Positions 47,001-60,880 of a DNA stretch of 64,000 nucleotides are shown piece after piece. The stretch is from Haplodiscus bocki (taxonomy: Eukaryota), in the NCBI GenBank assembly GCA_965655095.1, contig OZ296650.1, positions 52,514,001 to 52,578,000 of the forward strand, read 5' to 3'. The notes beneath the pieces were generated by a model that worked only from the letters and a program-made list of their open reading frames with translations, was not told where the DNA came from and made no database searches. Every line of letters begins with the position of its first letter. The first letter of the stretch is position 1. The position numbers and the translations under genes are program-made.

Positions 47001-50000
47001 TACCTGTCAGGGGATCTGAAACTGGGAAATTGACGTCAATCATTTCTTTTTAGTTTATGCCAAATCACCGTACGGTGAGTATTCATTATAGGGCTTCTAA
47101 TAAGTGGTGCGCGGAATTTGGTCTGTCAGGCTCAAGTAGTTTTCGTTCGTTCGTGGTTACAGGTTCTATTGAGGGCAACACTCGTTGTGTTGACTTGGAA
47201 CAATTCTTCCTGGAAGATGGAAGTTGTTCTTCTGAAAGTGATCCGCATTATCGCGCCCTCGGTTTTCCTCGGGCAATGAGAAGTTGGATCTTCACACAAG
47301 TAAAGAGGCTCGTCCGCAATTGAGTTGTTACTGCAAACATTATGAATTACTCCAAGATCTTAATAGACCTATGACAAAATATGTTTTCAGCTAGTTTTCC
47401 AGTAGGATACCGAGCCTCAGAGCTTCATTCACCGTGAGCAGTGAAGTTTCCCATCGAGTGGGTTGAGAGTGGGCTGCCGCCCAACTGGAAACCCTTGTGT
47501 GCAAGTCTATGCACAATTTCTCTTGCTGACACCGAGTAGTGTGGTAATTTCAGCTTTAGAGAATAATTTTTCATCACAAGTATCGCGTGAGAGGGCTCTG
47601 GAATCCAACTAATGTTTTGGAATTATTTATCCGCGGTCAAAAAAGACCAGCGAGCATTTAAAAATAGCAAACGAAACCTGCGTTTTAACAGGTTCCCGAT
47701 ATAGAGCTGGGTTTCTGTGGCATTCAGAGAGTTCCAAACAATTATACTTTAGCCAAAAACCAACTTTTCAGTATTGAAAAGCCCCCAAACAAAACAGCAA
47801 AAATTAAATCTCGTTACGATCGAACAATCGTTTCCGATTGAGAAGAAGACTATGTCCGATAATTATCCCAGAGCGATAACGATAAGTCTAAAACCGAGCA
47901 GCATAGGTAAGTGCCACATCATCCGATTCAGAATCTTAATCAGCCCGACAAATTTGAGCACGTCTGCAATGCTGCTTCCTAGTTTGACCGAGCGTATAGA
48001 AATGACGGACTTTTGCCTGGACCGGATTTACTGTTTAATCTAATTGATAACTCAATTATTTCTCGTTTCTTTACTGTAGCAATCAAAGCAGATAATGAAA
48101 TGTTCTTGCATGGGGTGGTTCCTGAAACTGAACAACATTTTTTTCGATTAATGAGGCGAGAAGATATCCACGATGAGACTGGTATATTTCAATATACGCG
48201 GCATAGTTTTGGTGCGACGTCACCTCATTGCTGTGTCATTTTTTGTGCTCGCCAAACTGCGGAAGATAACGAAATCGATTTCCTTAGAACCGTTTAAGCT
48301 GTCTTGACTACTTTTATGATATTTTTTTCGTTTCGGTTCTAAAGCCGTAATTCTAACAAATGACTTGAATGAAATGGTGAAACGTGGAGGTTCAATTTAA
48401 CGAAGTTTGTGACGAATGCTGCAAACGCTTTTCAACGCCTAGAAAAGACGTCACATTTGATGAATCTTCTTTTCAGAATTGCTCGGAAGTCAGTGTTTCG
48501 GGTTTCAGTTGGAAAGTAAAAGCAGAGATACATTGTCAGTGTCTCGGGGGTTGTTGAGCGAAAGTCTCAAAATTAACCGACCGGAAGATGCTATCTTCAG
48601 TCTCAGCAACTATAGCCTTTTTGGGTCTGATAGGACTTTTCGCGGTTGTCCAAAAAAACTTGAAGAACTGTGGCGTTACGTAGGTCAATCGTTGGACACT
48701 ACAGTTTCCGAGAAACACAGATCCCTCAATTTCCCAAAGGCAAAAAAAGATTTTCCGAAGGTGAAATTGGAACGTTCAATGTTCTTATATGATCTTTTTC
48801 CAAGAACTGAATTTGTTGTCGACGCCTCAGTACACAATCGGCGCTGTGATGTACATTCGTGCAACTTGCAAAAATGATTGTTTATTGTATAGTTGTAAAG
48901 TGTCGTGTAGCACCGATTAGAACCAGTACAAAACAGAAGCTTGAATTTCAGGCAATACCTAATAGAATGCACCTTTGCACAGCAGTCAGAAAATTATTGC
49001 CCTTTGAAATTGAAACACTTTTCTGATGTAACTTCGCCACCATTTTACATTGTCGCAATTCATCGCACAAAAATCTTCAAGTCTTATTTTCCAATCGGGT
49101 TGCGGAGTGTTCGATCATACTTCAGTTGAACAATGGAGGTTCACTCTCCGTTTCTTGAACTATCCCGACTTTGCCACCAAAGTAATGAAGTGTAATGATT
49201 TGATGGGTACAGAATGGCGCAACGGGCCTTCTTTTCTAATTCTTAAAACTTGCTCGTTCCAACTGCTCCAGTCCGAACGAGAGTTCCATAGTTGAAACTG
49301 GCCTTCGCTCTGCAACTGCCGATGATAAAAGTGAGCCTTATCTTCAGCAATCTGTATTTAGCTATTCGTGCTCTAACATTTCGACAATTTATAGCACTGT
49401 CAAACGCCTGAAAACTGACGTGAAAGGAGGAAGGTGATAAAACAAAAATTCGACTTGACTCCAAGATTGTTGAAAAACCATCTCCGTCAAAAGGTGAACT
49501 TGCAATTGCCGAGTTGTTGATATGGAAACATGTTTTTTAGCAATGAAATCCAGGCGTTAATGAGAGATTCTCTCATTCCTACATCATCAGCCACACCTCC
49601 CCTTTTACCGTTCGTTTGTAGCAATGTGTTAAGAACACAAGGACGCTTGCCAAAAGCTTATTTTTGTTTGAAAGAAAACACCCAACAATTTGTGACCGCG
49701 GAGCATCATACAGTCAAATCCGTTTTGCATGAAGGTCATGCAGCAGATAAATTTCATCAAGGAGTCAAGTATTTACGTTTGGTTATTCAACAGACGTATT
49801 GGATACCGAGGTAATGAGGTCCGAGCCTCGATCAGTAAGAATTGTGTTCTGAGATACAACTCTTCAACCTCAAATGGCCAATCCTTCTCACAAAAAATCA
49901 ACTGCCATTAAACTGTACTTCGCTTTCGCTGGTTTCGACTGCTTCGGCCTCCTAGAAAGTAAAACTTGTACCGTTCACTAGAGAAGGTGCTGCTGGTTTA

Positions 50001-52666
50001 CGTGCCTCACTAATAGGGCAGTTCACATTGAAGTTTGTACCTTCCTTAGAACTGATTCTTGTTTGTTAGCTATTGAAAGGTTTGTTCCTCATCGCGGCGT
50101 CTCTTCATCTTTCGAATCGGATAAAGGAAGCAACATTGTACTGGCAACCCAAGAGCTTGAAGAGTTTGCGAAGTGATTGGAAGTTGATAAAACCATCAAA
50201 GCCTATTTTGCCGAGAGATCTTGTGGTTGGAAATTCAACCCCGTTGCACCCCCCACTTTAGGGTGCTTCGGTGAGGCCCGTCCATTCGTGTAAAAAGGTA
50301 AAATACGTGTTACCTTCGGGTCGTCGTCTCACTGAAGAGATCTTCTTAACAAACTTTGAACAAATTCATAACGCCGCCTTTTATCATGTGTTAATTCTGA
50401 CTGCCTTCTGACTTGTCGCATCGCCGCATCTCTAAGCAAGCACTACCACATGCTGGTTAGATTTGGCGTCGACGGCTAAATGAACATGACCCTCAGCTGC
50501 AGTGGCAAAAAAGCGGGTTTCCCATTCCTCTTCCTAATGTTGACTCATTCGTTTGGATTGTCATTCGTTTGCGCTGACAGTCCTGGAGTTTCTTACATAC
50601 TTGCACGCGTTGTAAAAATACATTTCAGTGACGATGATGTGTTAGGTCCGCAACACTCAAAACTGAAATGAGTTTTCTGGTCCGCTCTTTTGTCTAAAAA
50701 AACATTTGCTTGCCTCCGTTTAGTTCCTGTGACCATGAACGGGGGGCCCGGATGTTGAAGTCTATTGCTATTGTTACATAATATTCAAATTGGAACTTCA
50801 ACTGAAATGTTGTTTTCGCCTTTCTTATATTGGACTGTTGAGCCGATAGAAAGTTATCGCTTCTACCGTTTGAGGCGAGCTTCCGCTTTCCGCCAAAAAT
50901 TAAAGCTAAGGTTTCTTATCCCCTTGGTGCCTTTTCGATGTTTTTGCTCGGAACTTCGTAAGCGTGCTTTCAAGGCAAGACCGAAAACGTTCGGCAAATA
51001 TTCTAGGCTCAAATGAAAGTCTCAAAGAAATTAGCGTCGTTCAAAATCGACCAACATTTTTCGTAACACATAAAAGGTGTTGTATCGCGCTTTCCTTGAC
51101 TTTTAAAACTGAACAGATGGTAAACGGATTGGCAGGTAGGCTTCTGAAGCTAGCTCGTAAATCACATATTTATGGGCATTCATATGAGTCAGACGAGAGA
51201 TGCCTGGTTTTTTTGGAAGAATTACAAATTCATTTCACAGCTCTTAACAGCTTCAGATTCCACTAGTTATGTGCATAATTATTGTGCAACCAAGTTTCAG
51301 CAAATAAATGCAATCTTCCCTAATAACGGTTTATTTTCTTGCCAGCCTTGTCCAAAATTCTCAGAGTGCACAAAGAGACATTTTAGTGATTTTAAAAAAT
51401 TGTAATTCCAAAAAATCAAAAATTAAAATTCAAAAATTGTTGAAAATTTATAGTGAGGGATTTTTGGAATTTCAAGATAAGATACTAGTCGGACGGAAGC
51501 CTTTCTAAGTTTTTGGGCGGTGTTCGGTACAGCATCACAATCTCTTGTCCAAAATTTTACTCAGTCCTACAAATTGTAATACAAAAATTCAAATCATACT
51601 CTTCCAAAAGTTAGCTGAGTTTTGCAATTCTTAAATGTTCGAGCAGTTGAAGTCGCAAAATATTTAGTGCTACTACGCTTCGTTACAGGATGAAAGAAGT
51701 CAGCAGATGTTTCATCTGGGGAAATTGGGGGCCTGTTATTGAGACTTCGCAACGAAGATTTTTCTCTTTCGTAACATTTGGCTGCTTTATTATGATTTAG
51801 CAATAGTTTTTCCTGTAAGAAATGGGCTAAACTAAATTACCCATGTTAGAGGAAATTGTCATTGATATTGAGTTTTTTCGTAACAAGAAGAACGGCGAAT
51901 CGCGCGGATCTTTGTTGTTTCTGCTACGGTTGCTTACGGTTCATCTCTTTGATGACAACTCAGGTGATGGAAATTTGCAACATGAAAAATATTACACAAA
52001 ATTCCACGACCTAGAAAAAAAGCGTTCAGTAACATGAAGCGTTCAGAAGCTTACTTCCCGTTTTTGAACATTCAGGCCAGACCCGGTCTTTCGAATGATG
52101 TCACAAGCCTCAAGGTTTTCGGGAAGAAAAAGTTCCACGTAGCCATCATAATAAGGATTCTTTCTACTTTTCAGTCAAAATTTTTCAGAATCAACCGAAC
52201 AAACCTCTTCAATCAATGCTTCTTGTTGCCGCAGCAGTTCCTCATATGGGATTCCCAATGCTTCTAACTTCCGACCAGACTTCCGCTTTTTCGCTGCAGT
52301 AATCATCACTTTGCTTTCTTCAGCCACCGACAGACACTTGTCTGAAACCCAATTAAGGCCATGCTGATTGAGCACTCTAATGATATAGTCATGGCTCATC
52401 GTCTTCTTGGAACTGCTTTCGGAGAACAAACTAAAAGACTCGTCTGTGATTTGGCGAATGAAAGTAACTCCACAAGTCGCCATTGCGTCACGAGCCTCTT
52501 GAGATATTCTGGATACTTCTATTGAAGAGTCTTCAGCAGTTTCAGCAAACACTGATTTCACAATTTGATTGATGGAAGATTTGGGAATTCCACCGAACTC
52601 CTCTTCTTCCGAAGGAAGTTTGTCGATTGATTGAGATGTGTGGTTTTCTTCCTCCACATCACCCAT
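44018..52666 (-). CDS. DR1: Down-regulator of transcription 1 / NC2-beta (histone fold). Exons 52666-52205 and 44185-44018, 209 aa
   Basis: Exon 1 has a histone fold (IPKSSINQIVK..RISQEARDA..FIRQITDES..KKTMSHDYIIRVL) and KRKSGRKLEALGIPYEELLRQQEALIEE. A phase-0 GT-AG splice joins it to ARKQMEME...ASAQ...GSSGTHEDEDFDI*, matching the DR1 C-terminal pattern ARQQQ...GSSQDEEDDDDI. Confidence 0.9.
44367..46483 (+). mobile_element. Degenerate FLYWCH-MULE transposon inside the DR1 intron
   Basis: Imperfect TIRs (ttcgttttatgccatttcaaccgttcac / gtgaacgg..ttgaaatggcgtaggacgaa). Transposase remnants RILVFG, YFKSTYM and PPFPIEMWNQY..RTTNSVEGW, with many stops and frameshifts. Confidence 0.8.
46650..51056 (+). 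mobile_element. Degenerate BEL/Pao LTR retrotransposon inside the DR1 intron (antisense to DR1); 3' LTR 50753-51056
   Basis: RT remnant IFQYTRHSFGATS; RNaseH end EQWRF..NYPDFATK..WRNGPSFL; VLRTQGRL; HQGVKY..QTYWIP; integrase TCLTNRAVHIEV and WKFNP. PPT ggggggcccgga is followed by the LTR TGTTG...CAACA. 5' boundary approximate. Confidence 0.85.
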
Positions 52667-53731
52667 AGAGCGAGGTGAAAATTTCGAACTCACATTCTCA
52701 AAACTGAAAAGAACAGCAAAATTGAAACAAAGACTGGAATTTTCCTATCACACATGGTTAATGTTTTCTGCTATTTCAATTCGACTGCCCATGTAACGTA
52801 ACCAAAAGAGTAGCCTGCGCCGCTGGGGCATTCTCATCGCAACAAAAATTCGTGATTCTGCAATTTTTCTCAGACCATTATCTTTTTTTCTTTGCAGCGA
52901 ACGTTAGTTGAACGAACTTTCACAGCAAGAATGTGCACGACTACCAAAGTGGCGTTTATTTTTAAAGAACACTAAATGGACGAAAATTGAGGATTTTACA
53001 GAGGAGCGTAGCTGCGTTTCGCATACACTTGCGAGTTACGAAAAAGTATCGGTTAATTGCCCACCGACGATTACTGCCCATTTCATTATTTTCGTTACAA
53101 CAAATTTTACAGAAAAAACTGTTTCCACTGAGGAAATGGAAAACATAGGTGTTCAAACAAACACTACCGAGATTCAAGTAAACTATTGGATGGCCGCAAA
53201 GAAATCAGTGGTCACCGAGAAAACTTTTTGACAACCGAAAAAATTCATAACTTCTCGAATTTGAAGATGCAACTACCCGCAAAGTGTACAAGAGAGGCCA
53301 CCAATTATGGCTGTACGAACTACCGTTTTAATGGGTGTCTAAATGATCACAAGATAGTCGGAATTCGCCAGATAGTCTTCGAGGAAAACTGGTTTGGAAT
53401 TTCAAACTTCAAAACATTTGTCGTCAAAAGTACAAATACTACATCCTTGATACCCAACTGAATCACCAAATTGCGGGATTTTAAAGCAGTGGATGACGGC
53501 AATCCCACCGGTAACCTCAGAGAAAGAGAGCATTGAAGAAAGACGAAAGTTAAAACTTCTTAATTCATATTACAAGCAACGGTAAATCACGTGAAAACTC
53601 TCACGGGACATTCCTGCTTTTTCGCAGATTCCACAAACTTCCGGATTTCGAATGACCACTGGCTGGCCGCAATCGGACCCGCAGTTTTCTGCGACTGGAG
53701 TGTTTCAAGTAAATGCAAGTGTAAGAAATTC

Positions 53732-54045
53732 GGGTCTTTTCCGTTATTTCCCCCCCAGCAGATTATTTCCCCCCCAGTCGAAGCTGTAGCTGCCGCTACC
53801 AGTGTATTCACTGAATACGTCTTTTGCGAGTCGGTAGACTGTGCACACAAAACACAAATCTCAAGTACCCTCCAAGAAGCTGACTGCTTGCTGAAGCTAG
53901 TTAAAGTAAACAAACAGGTATTTGCAATAACTTTGTATTAAACAGAAACTTGAACCATACTGCTCAGCTGAGCATCAGCTAGGGGGGGGGGGGGGGGAAT
54001 AATATTTTTGTCAGTAGGGCTGGGGGGAAATAACGGAAAAGACCC
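53732..54045. mobile_element. MITE with about 27-bp TIRs and an 8-bp TSD
   Basis: TIR gggtcttttccgttatttcccccc(c)agc at both ends; perfect TSD agaaattc (53724-53731 and 54046-54053). Confidence 0.92.
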
Positions 54046-54599
54046 AGAAATTCTACGCTATATCGTTGCGAAGATCAAATACTTAACGTCTGCTTCAGCG
54101 CGCCTCAGCAAAAACGAATTTTTAGAAGAGAATGCGATCCTAGTCAATCATCATTTTTTTTTGTTTTTTCTTTCAAAATATTTTTTCTCCGAATCAGATT
54201 CCGGTCGACCAAAAATTCTTCCACGTTATTTTTTCCAGACATATCAAGCTTTTCATCAATAGCCCAACGAGCAAATCCGAATTAGTGTTCACTGAGCTGA
54301 AAACAATTTAAAATTTTGATCGTAGCTAAGCGTTAAGTTTTTTGATGTTTTTGATAAACTTTTTTTCAATAAAAAGAAGAAAAGCCGTAGTTTTTTCAAC
54401 GGTACTTTCCATGGATATGTTTACCTTTTCAAAAAAACATCGATGAACGAAACTGAATTGACAGCGACTGATTAAAAAAATGAACATAACAACTGAGGCC
54501 AAGCTGTGCTTGGCGCACACTTGCGATGAAGGTGAGAAACGGCATTCGTCAGAAATTTTGAAAAAAAAGCCCAAATTGCTTAAATTTTAATTTTAAATT

Positions 54600-57500
54600 T
54601 TTAAATTTTAATTCACATCTCGCGTCAGGAGTAGGATAGAGTACATCTCTGCCAACAAGCATGTTTCAAAATGTTGTACTTAAAATGACCGCTCAATGAT
54701 TGCAATCGAGCCGCTAGTCTTAGCAAATAAACGACTGAAGAAAGACGCAATTGAAAGAATCCACCTACTGTCAAAACATTTTGCAGCAATATCACATAAC
54801 TAGACAGATATGATCCTCCAAAACCAAAGATTTTACAAATTCGGAGTTCTAGATGACCACTGGATGCTTGCAAGTGAGCTGGTGGTCTCTCAGAGGTACA
54901 GCCTTGAAAAACTCAAATGAAAATTTTTGAAACTTAGTTTTTTCAAGAGATTTGGCTCTCTAACAATGAAATGGGAGAGCCGGGTCTCTTTACAGTCTCC
55001 ATGGAGCGAATTTCTAAATGAGCAATGGATGCTTCCAATCCCACAGGTAAAACATGAGAAATTTATTTTTCAAAAACGATCAAAGTCGAGACGAAGTGAC
55101 TGTGCTTGGCTTAAAACCATTCAACGAGAAACGTCTGCCAAAATAAAAAAAAAATAGGAAAGAAGCAGCTGCCTTGGGAGTAGTATTGACAGCTCAGAAA
55201 ACATGAAAACGCTCAAGTTAAAAGTACAGAAAAAAAACATAGGTGCTAAAGTGTCTAGCGCAAGGTTGGCGAATTCACTTAACCTCCCAAACAAATTTCT
55301 GATCACAAGCTTATGCAATGCCAGACAAATTAGGCAGACAAGAAACATTAGAGATAACAGCAGCCTTCTCGCATAAATATCCTAGTTTTGAAAGAAATCT
55401 AGCTGACAAAGAACATTTTGTAATCTTAAAAGTCAGCAAAAAGCCAACCACCATTCGGCAAATGCGGCTTCAGAGGAGCAAGTTCCTAAAAGTTAACAAC
55501 TCAAGCGTTAGGTAAAGAAAGCTGAATCTGGGTACAAAAAACCTTCCGAAGTAATAATTCGATGATTTTTCACAGAAAACTTCATTGAAAGATCCGATGC
55601 GCAACCCGAAGGTGGCATGAACACTGAGCATATGCTGAGGGTTATCAGGAGGCACACACCCCGAGGCAACGCCATCCAGGTCATGCGCGCCCTAGTAGAT
55701 CATCGCAGAAGTTAACACCAATTGAAAAAATTGTTCTGCATCTAAATAGTACCTTGGAAACACCAATTTTCTACATGCAAGTGTACTCTCAAAAGCTCTT
55801 TACAGCTTATCCACAGATTCCAGTGGGCATAACGAACCCCAGCTCACTTTCACTGTTCGTACAACCCGAAAGAGTGTCTTTACAAAAGTCAAGAAATCGT
55901 AGGGAAATCTTTTCTATGACAATTTTCTGCGGAAAAACCTTGAGAAAAAATCCTTCGGTGTCAAAATTTGCATCAAATCCGACTACTGTACACATTGACT
56001 AGTCTACTGCTCAAATCATGTCAGATGCATCATGTTGAGGCACGCTGCACCCGCTAAAATTTAGTTACTGGAGGATTAAAACTTTTCTGGAAGAAGTTAG
56101 ACCAAATCTACTCGAAGAGTTCAAAAAATTTCCGTGTTGTATCTGACTGCAAGTAACACTTCATATTCCAGTGCTTAGGCAGCTTTGCAAAGCCCTACAT
56201 GGCATATTAGGTCAGAAAATGCGATTAAGTACCACTCGGACGCTGAAAAAACCTAGGCTTTTTGAATTGTTGCAGCCGATAATTGGCCGGTGAAACAACA
56301 TTGGCTGCCAAAATTGTCAGCCGCGATTAACTACGACCTTGCCAGTGTAACTAAGCAATAAGCAAACAGATCACAGGAATGCGTTCAGGAAAAATGGTGA
56401 CGGTTAGGAAACGCAGTGGGAAAGGAGGTTTATCAACTCTGTTCCAAAAAATATCATAGATTTCCGCCTCTCTTGACCGAAATTAGTCGAAAATACTTTG
56501 ACAAAAAAATCACTGCACGCCGCTCATCGGAAGGATGCTCCATCGATTAGAGCAAAAATATTTTTTCCCAAGCTCACTGTAAGGACGGGATTCAAAAATA
56601 AAAGCTTTGCACTCACAAAAAGTCCGGATATTGATTTCTTTTCGATAACTCGTCGAAAAGAAAAGTTGAGACCAAAAATTTTGGAAATGATAGATCATTA
56701 GTTCGTCGTGGTGTTCATTCTAATATCAGTAAAAAGCGACTTACAGGTGCAGAGAAGATTATATTCAGATGAACCGCAAAGGGATGTCAAGGACAGGAAA
56801 AAACGAAATCATTTTGACGTGTCCTTGTGCGAATAGGCTTCGCTCCGCTAACTTGAAAATGATCGCTAAACAAATACAACAAACTTGGAACAAGATTTTC
56901 GTAGCTTCCAGCTGCAAACGAAAAAATTGATTGGCATGCAGCAGCTTGGATGGCCACAACAAGCATCAGCTTGTTTGGCCACTCTACACGGGAACAGGGT
57001 TCAGCCCACGTAACATAACATCAGTGGACTGTCATATCAAATCCACATTTTCAAATCTGAAAAAAGGCGGATCCAATTTCTATTCAAAAATACTTACAAC
57101 TTCCATATTGAACACAGAAGCAAAACCATCTTCGCATCAAATTATGACTTGTGAGTTGAGATTACGGATCCCAAAAGACATTTGAAAATAAGATCGGAAA
57201 AGTGCTTTACACTTCTACCGCACCAGCTGTCAATTGAAAGTTTGCTCCAACAGGTCCAAATGAAACAAGTGCCCATCACACTGCCAAATTCAAAATAGTT
57301 ATACATCAATCAGTCTTTTCAGGTTATGCCATTTTGTTGTCCAATGTTTAAGAAGTTTGCTCAATTAAAAATCGCGAAAATGACAACACCTGCCAAAAAA
57401 GTCGCTATTGACCGTTTATACTATGTGACTCGGATATCTGATGACGTCAAGAAAAGCAAGTTTTGGTCAGAAAAAAACTACGCATAGGGCGGTTGCAATG

Positions 57501-58100
57501 CACATTCTTCCTCTCAGCCAGAGTGTGTAAAAGTGTTTACAAAAAACGCCGAGCATCTTCGAGATTTCAGAAACAAGATTATACATTTTGCATCAAAAGT
57601 TGAAGAAAGACCATCCCAGCCGCTCTTCACAAGCTCCCAGATATCGAATAATCAAATCAGCAGTAGGTGGATCCAATGCGATAAGTACTCATCAAAAGAA
57701 ACAGTTTTAGGAGACAACGCAAATATGTTTTTGAACTCAATTCAAAATCTTCCGCGGTTGAATTTCAAAAACAATCATTCTGGTTACTTTCCAAAAAATC
57801 TAGGCAGCGAGTAGTGAAATCAACGCCAGATGAATCCAATCCAACCAGTAATCATTGAGAAAAAACGGTGTTTGACAAAAATGCAGGTAAACCACTATCA
57901 AATTTCCATTTACAAGACATTTCGCAAAAAGAAACAAAAAAACTCTTGCAGCAAGGAAGCTAAGTGTTAAGCGCTAATAACTCGCGAATTCCGCCAAAAA
58001 CTTCAACTACGTCGAAAACTGGGACACTATGAAGAGAGTCGAAAACTTCTTTCGATGGTGAACTTCTGCCAGTTTGAATGGTTTGCAATTTTTTGACACA
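54600..58100 (+). mobile_element. Very degenerate Polinton/Maverick-like remnants, tentative
   Basis: Fragments recall pPolB (GEPGLF, about 54975; KKPRLF, about 56245), an integrase N-terminal part (about 55340-55570) and capsid-like pieces (about 57025-57170). All are broken by stops. Confidence 0.3.
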
Positions 58101-58632
58101 TTTTAATTCAATGATATTTTGAAGCGATGTATACACAACATTTTAGATGGGCGGAAATTAAAATGTGAAATTATTGTCAATTAAAAATTGAAAATATTTG
58201 AATCAATCATTTTAGGTTTGCAATAATGAGGTTTGCTCTAACTTGGGGAAGTGCAGAAATTATTAGCATAAGATTAAAAGAAAAATATAGGTGGTAAATA
58301 CCCGGTTCACTTTAGCATTCAGATTCGCTCAGTCGGCTAATCATGCCAACTTCTACGAAGAGCAAAAAAACTCAACGCAATTAACCAGCTTGATTGACCA
58401 TGCAGCTCCACCACAAAAGTTTTTTTTCGAAAATTCAACGCAATTTTTTTCACAGAGACGAAGCGGAGCTTCGAGACACTTGCGCCAATGATATACTAGA
58501 AAAAAAACGATCGAAAATGTGGAACTGATTCTTGAAGGGAGCACAGTACAACAAATACTACTAAGTAAACAATCAAAAAGAACTTTCGACAACTGTTTTT
58601 CCTTATAAACAAGTATAGCAAATGAAAACGGC

Positions 58633-60880
58633 TGTTGTTGTTGTTGAGGCTTTACAGTAAACTGAGGGGAGTTTGATCCCGAGTTGAGTTCAGAAAATTG
58701 TCCACTTTTCTCTGCAGTTCTGGCAGTCTCACGCAATCAGCCAGGTGCAGGAGTTGAGTTCGTCGTAGGTAGCTTCCACAATCCCCCAAAATAGCTTGAT
58801 CAGACGTCTTTTCAGTCCAACAGGTTCCTCGAAGTTTGCGTGTTGATTTACTGTTTGCCAGACGGGAAGTTCTGAACACGAATTCGTTCCTCGCTGTTTC
58901 AGTTCTAGTTTTGGGAAGCTTAAAGACTTCTTTGCTTCTTGAGGGCGCAGTTTGACTCTGTAAAAGAGTCACAGTTGTGAGGTTGCTGGTACAAAAATTG
59001 GTACGAATGTTTGACAAGGTAAGCAGGTTCAAAATTTGGATGTGTATAGGCAACGGCAGAATGTTCAGAAAGCGAAGTTGTTGTCCATATTTTCCTGTTC
59101 CGCATATACACTTAACGGTTCTTTTCTGGAGTTTTTCTAGAATGATCATTGACGCTTTTGACAGGTGAATGCACTGAATACCATAGAGAATAATGGGTAA
59201 GACTAAGGATTTATAGAGTCCGAGTTTGATTCGAGCACCTACAGATTGAGAGACATTTCTTCTTAGTAAGTAGAGAACACCGTTTGCTTTCGCTACTTTT
59301 TTTGATATGTGCATGTTCCACGTGAGATCGCTGATCAACGTAATGCCTAAATCTCTTATGTTGGCTTCGGTTTTCAGGGGTTCTCCGAAGAGGTTGAAAC
59401 TTGTGTCCTTCCCTCGGAATGTCAGTTTAGCACATTTGTCTGTTGCTAGGGCCATTCGATTTTTATTTACCCATTTTTCAAGGAAGTGATTGAAGATCGG
59501 TTTGCACTTGGAGTTCTGTTAGGTTTACGGCAAGAAATTTGAGGTCATCTGCAGAAAGGTATGGGTCGCTGAAATCTAGGGACCTTTGGGGAACACCGCT
59601 AGTTACGTCCTTTGGCCGAAAGCTGACGTTGTCAACGCGCACAATTTGCTTCGGTCGGAAAGATAATCATGGAGAAGTTCGAGCAAACAACCATTTACGC
59701 CTAGACTTGCTACTTTGCACAACGGAAGGTAATGGGATACTTTGTCGAAAGCCTTACTGAAATCTGTGTAAAAAGCTACGACCTCACTGTGTTGATCCTT
59801 ATCGAGGGCTTTGTAGACAGCTTGGAGGAAAGCGAGCATGTTCGTTATTGTCGACTTTTGGCGAACGACACCATGTTGGCGTGAGCTCAGGGAGTTAACA
59901 AGTGCTCGTAGAGTGGCGAACACATGCATTTTTCTAGAATTTTGCTGTCAAAATCTACCAGTGATATTGGTCTATAGTTTTCCACGAGGAATTTTTCGCC
60001 TTATTTATGAATGGGCGAAACAACAGCGCGCTTCAAGCATTTGGGAATCTTTCGCAATCTTTTTATATTTTTGAGCAAGGGATGAAGAGCATGATTAAGA
60101 CCTTCGCCAGAATTAACAAAGAAGGAAGACCGATAGCCATTTGGGCCTGGCGTTTTGTTTACGTCAAGATCAGAGATAATGCTCCGTAATTTGGCTTTTG
60201 AAATGCTGAAATTTGTTGGGAAACATTACTCACTGGGATTTTGTTCAAATTGTAGTCCACCTTCGGAGCGAAGACTGAATGGAAGTATTCGTCGAACATT
60301 TCCGCTTTTCTGAAGGCACTTTGAGTGCTTTCATTTCTGAATTGCATTGATAACGGAAGACTGGCTGTCTTTTTGAGACATTTTAAACGCTTGAAAATTC
60401 TACCAGTGTCGCGCGTGATGAACAGTTCCTCCTGGTAATGAACTCTGTCTTCTTCACATGACTTGGAAACTAGGTTCTCTAGTTCGACCATTTTGTTCCG
60501 CCTGTAGCTGGAAGGTTTAGCTGCTAGTAACCTTTTCTGTGTTTGCATTTTCTTCAACAGATGAGAAAATTCGGAGGTTATCCAGGGGGGGATATTCTGG
60601 CGATGTCTCGTCCGGGTTGGGACGAACATGTCAATGGCTCGATCAAAATGTTGGTATAGTTCAAGGCACCAACTCAACTGTGCCAGTTAACTCGCTTTAC
60701 ATTCAAAACCAGCACACGGTCGGCAAAGTAGGCCATATGAATTTTTGCAAGAAAGCAGAAGCGTAATGACAAAATCTGGGAAAGTCTTAGAATCAAGGAA
60801 CAAATGCGAGTGGTGAACTGATTGGAAAAAACCGACTGTCCACAGCCTGCGATAGAAAACTTGCTTGCGCATGTGTAATA
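58633..60880 (-). mobile_element. 5'-truncated, frameshifted non-LTR retrotransposon (CR1/L2-type LINE ORF2)
   Basis: PPWIT linker; RT motifs QHG, FYTDFSKAFDKV, SGVPQ, ADDLK, IRDLGI..DLTWNMHI, LYKSLVLPIILYG, LEKLQKR; (CAA)n 3' tail at 58633-58647. Confidence 0.92.

Noticed and set aside
53587-53941. Overlapping 108-aa and 116-aa ORFs on both strands
   Set aside because: They span a MITE junction; chance ORFs.
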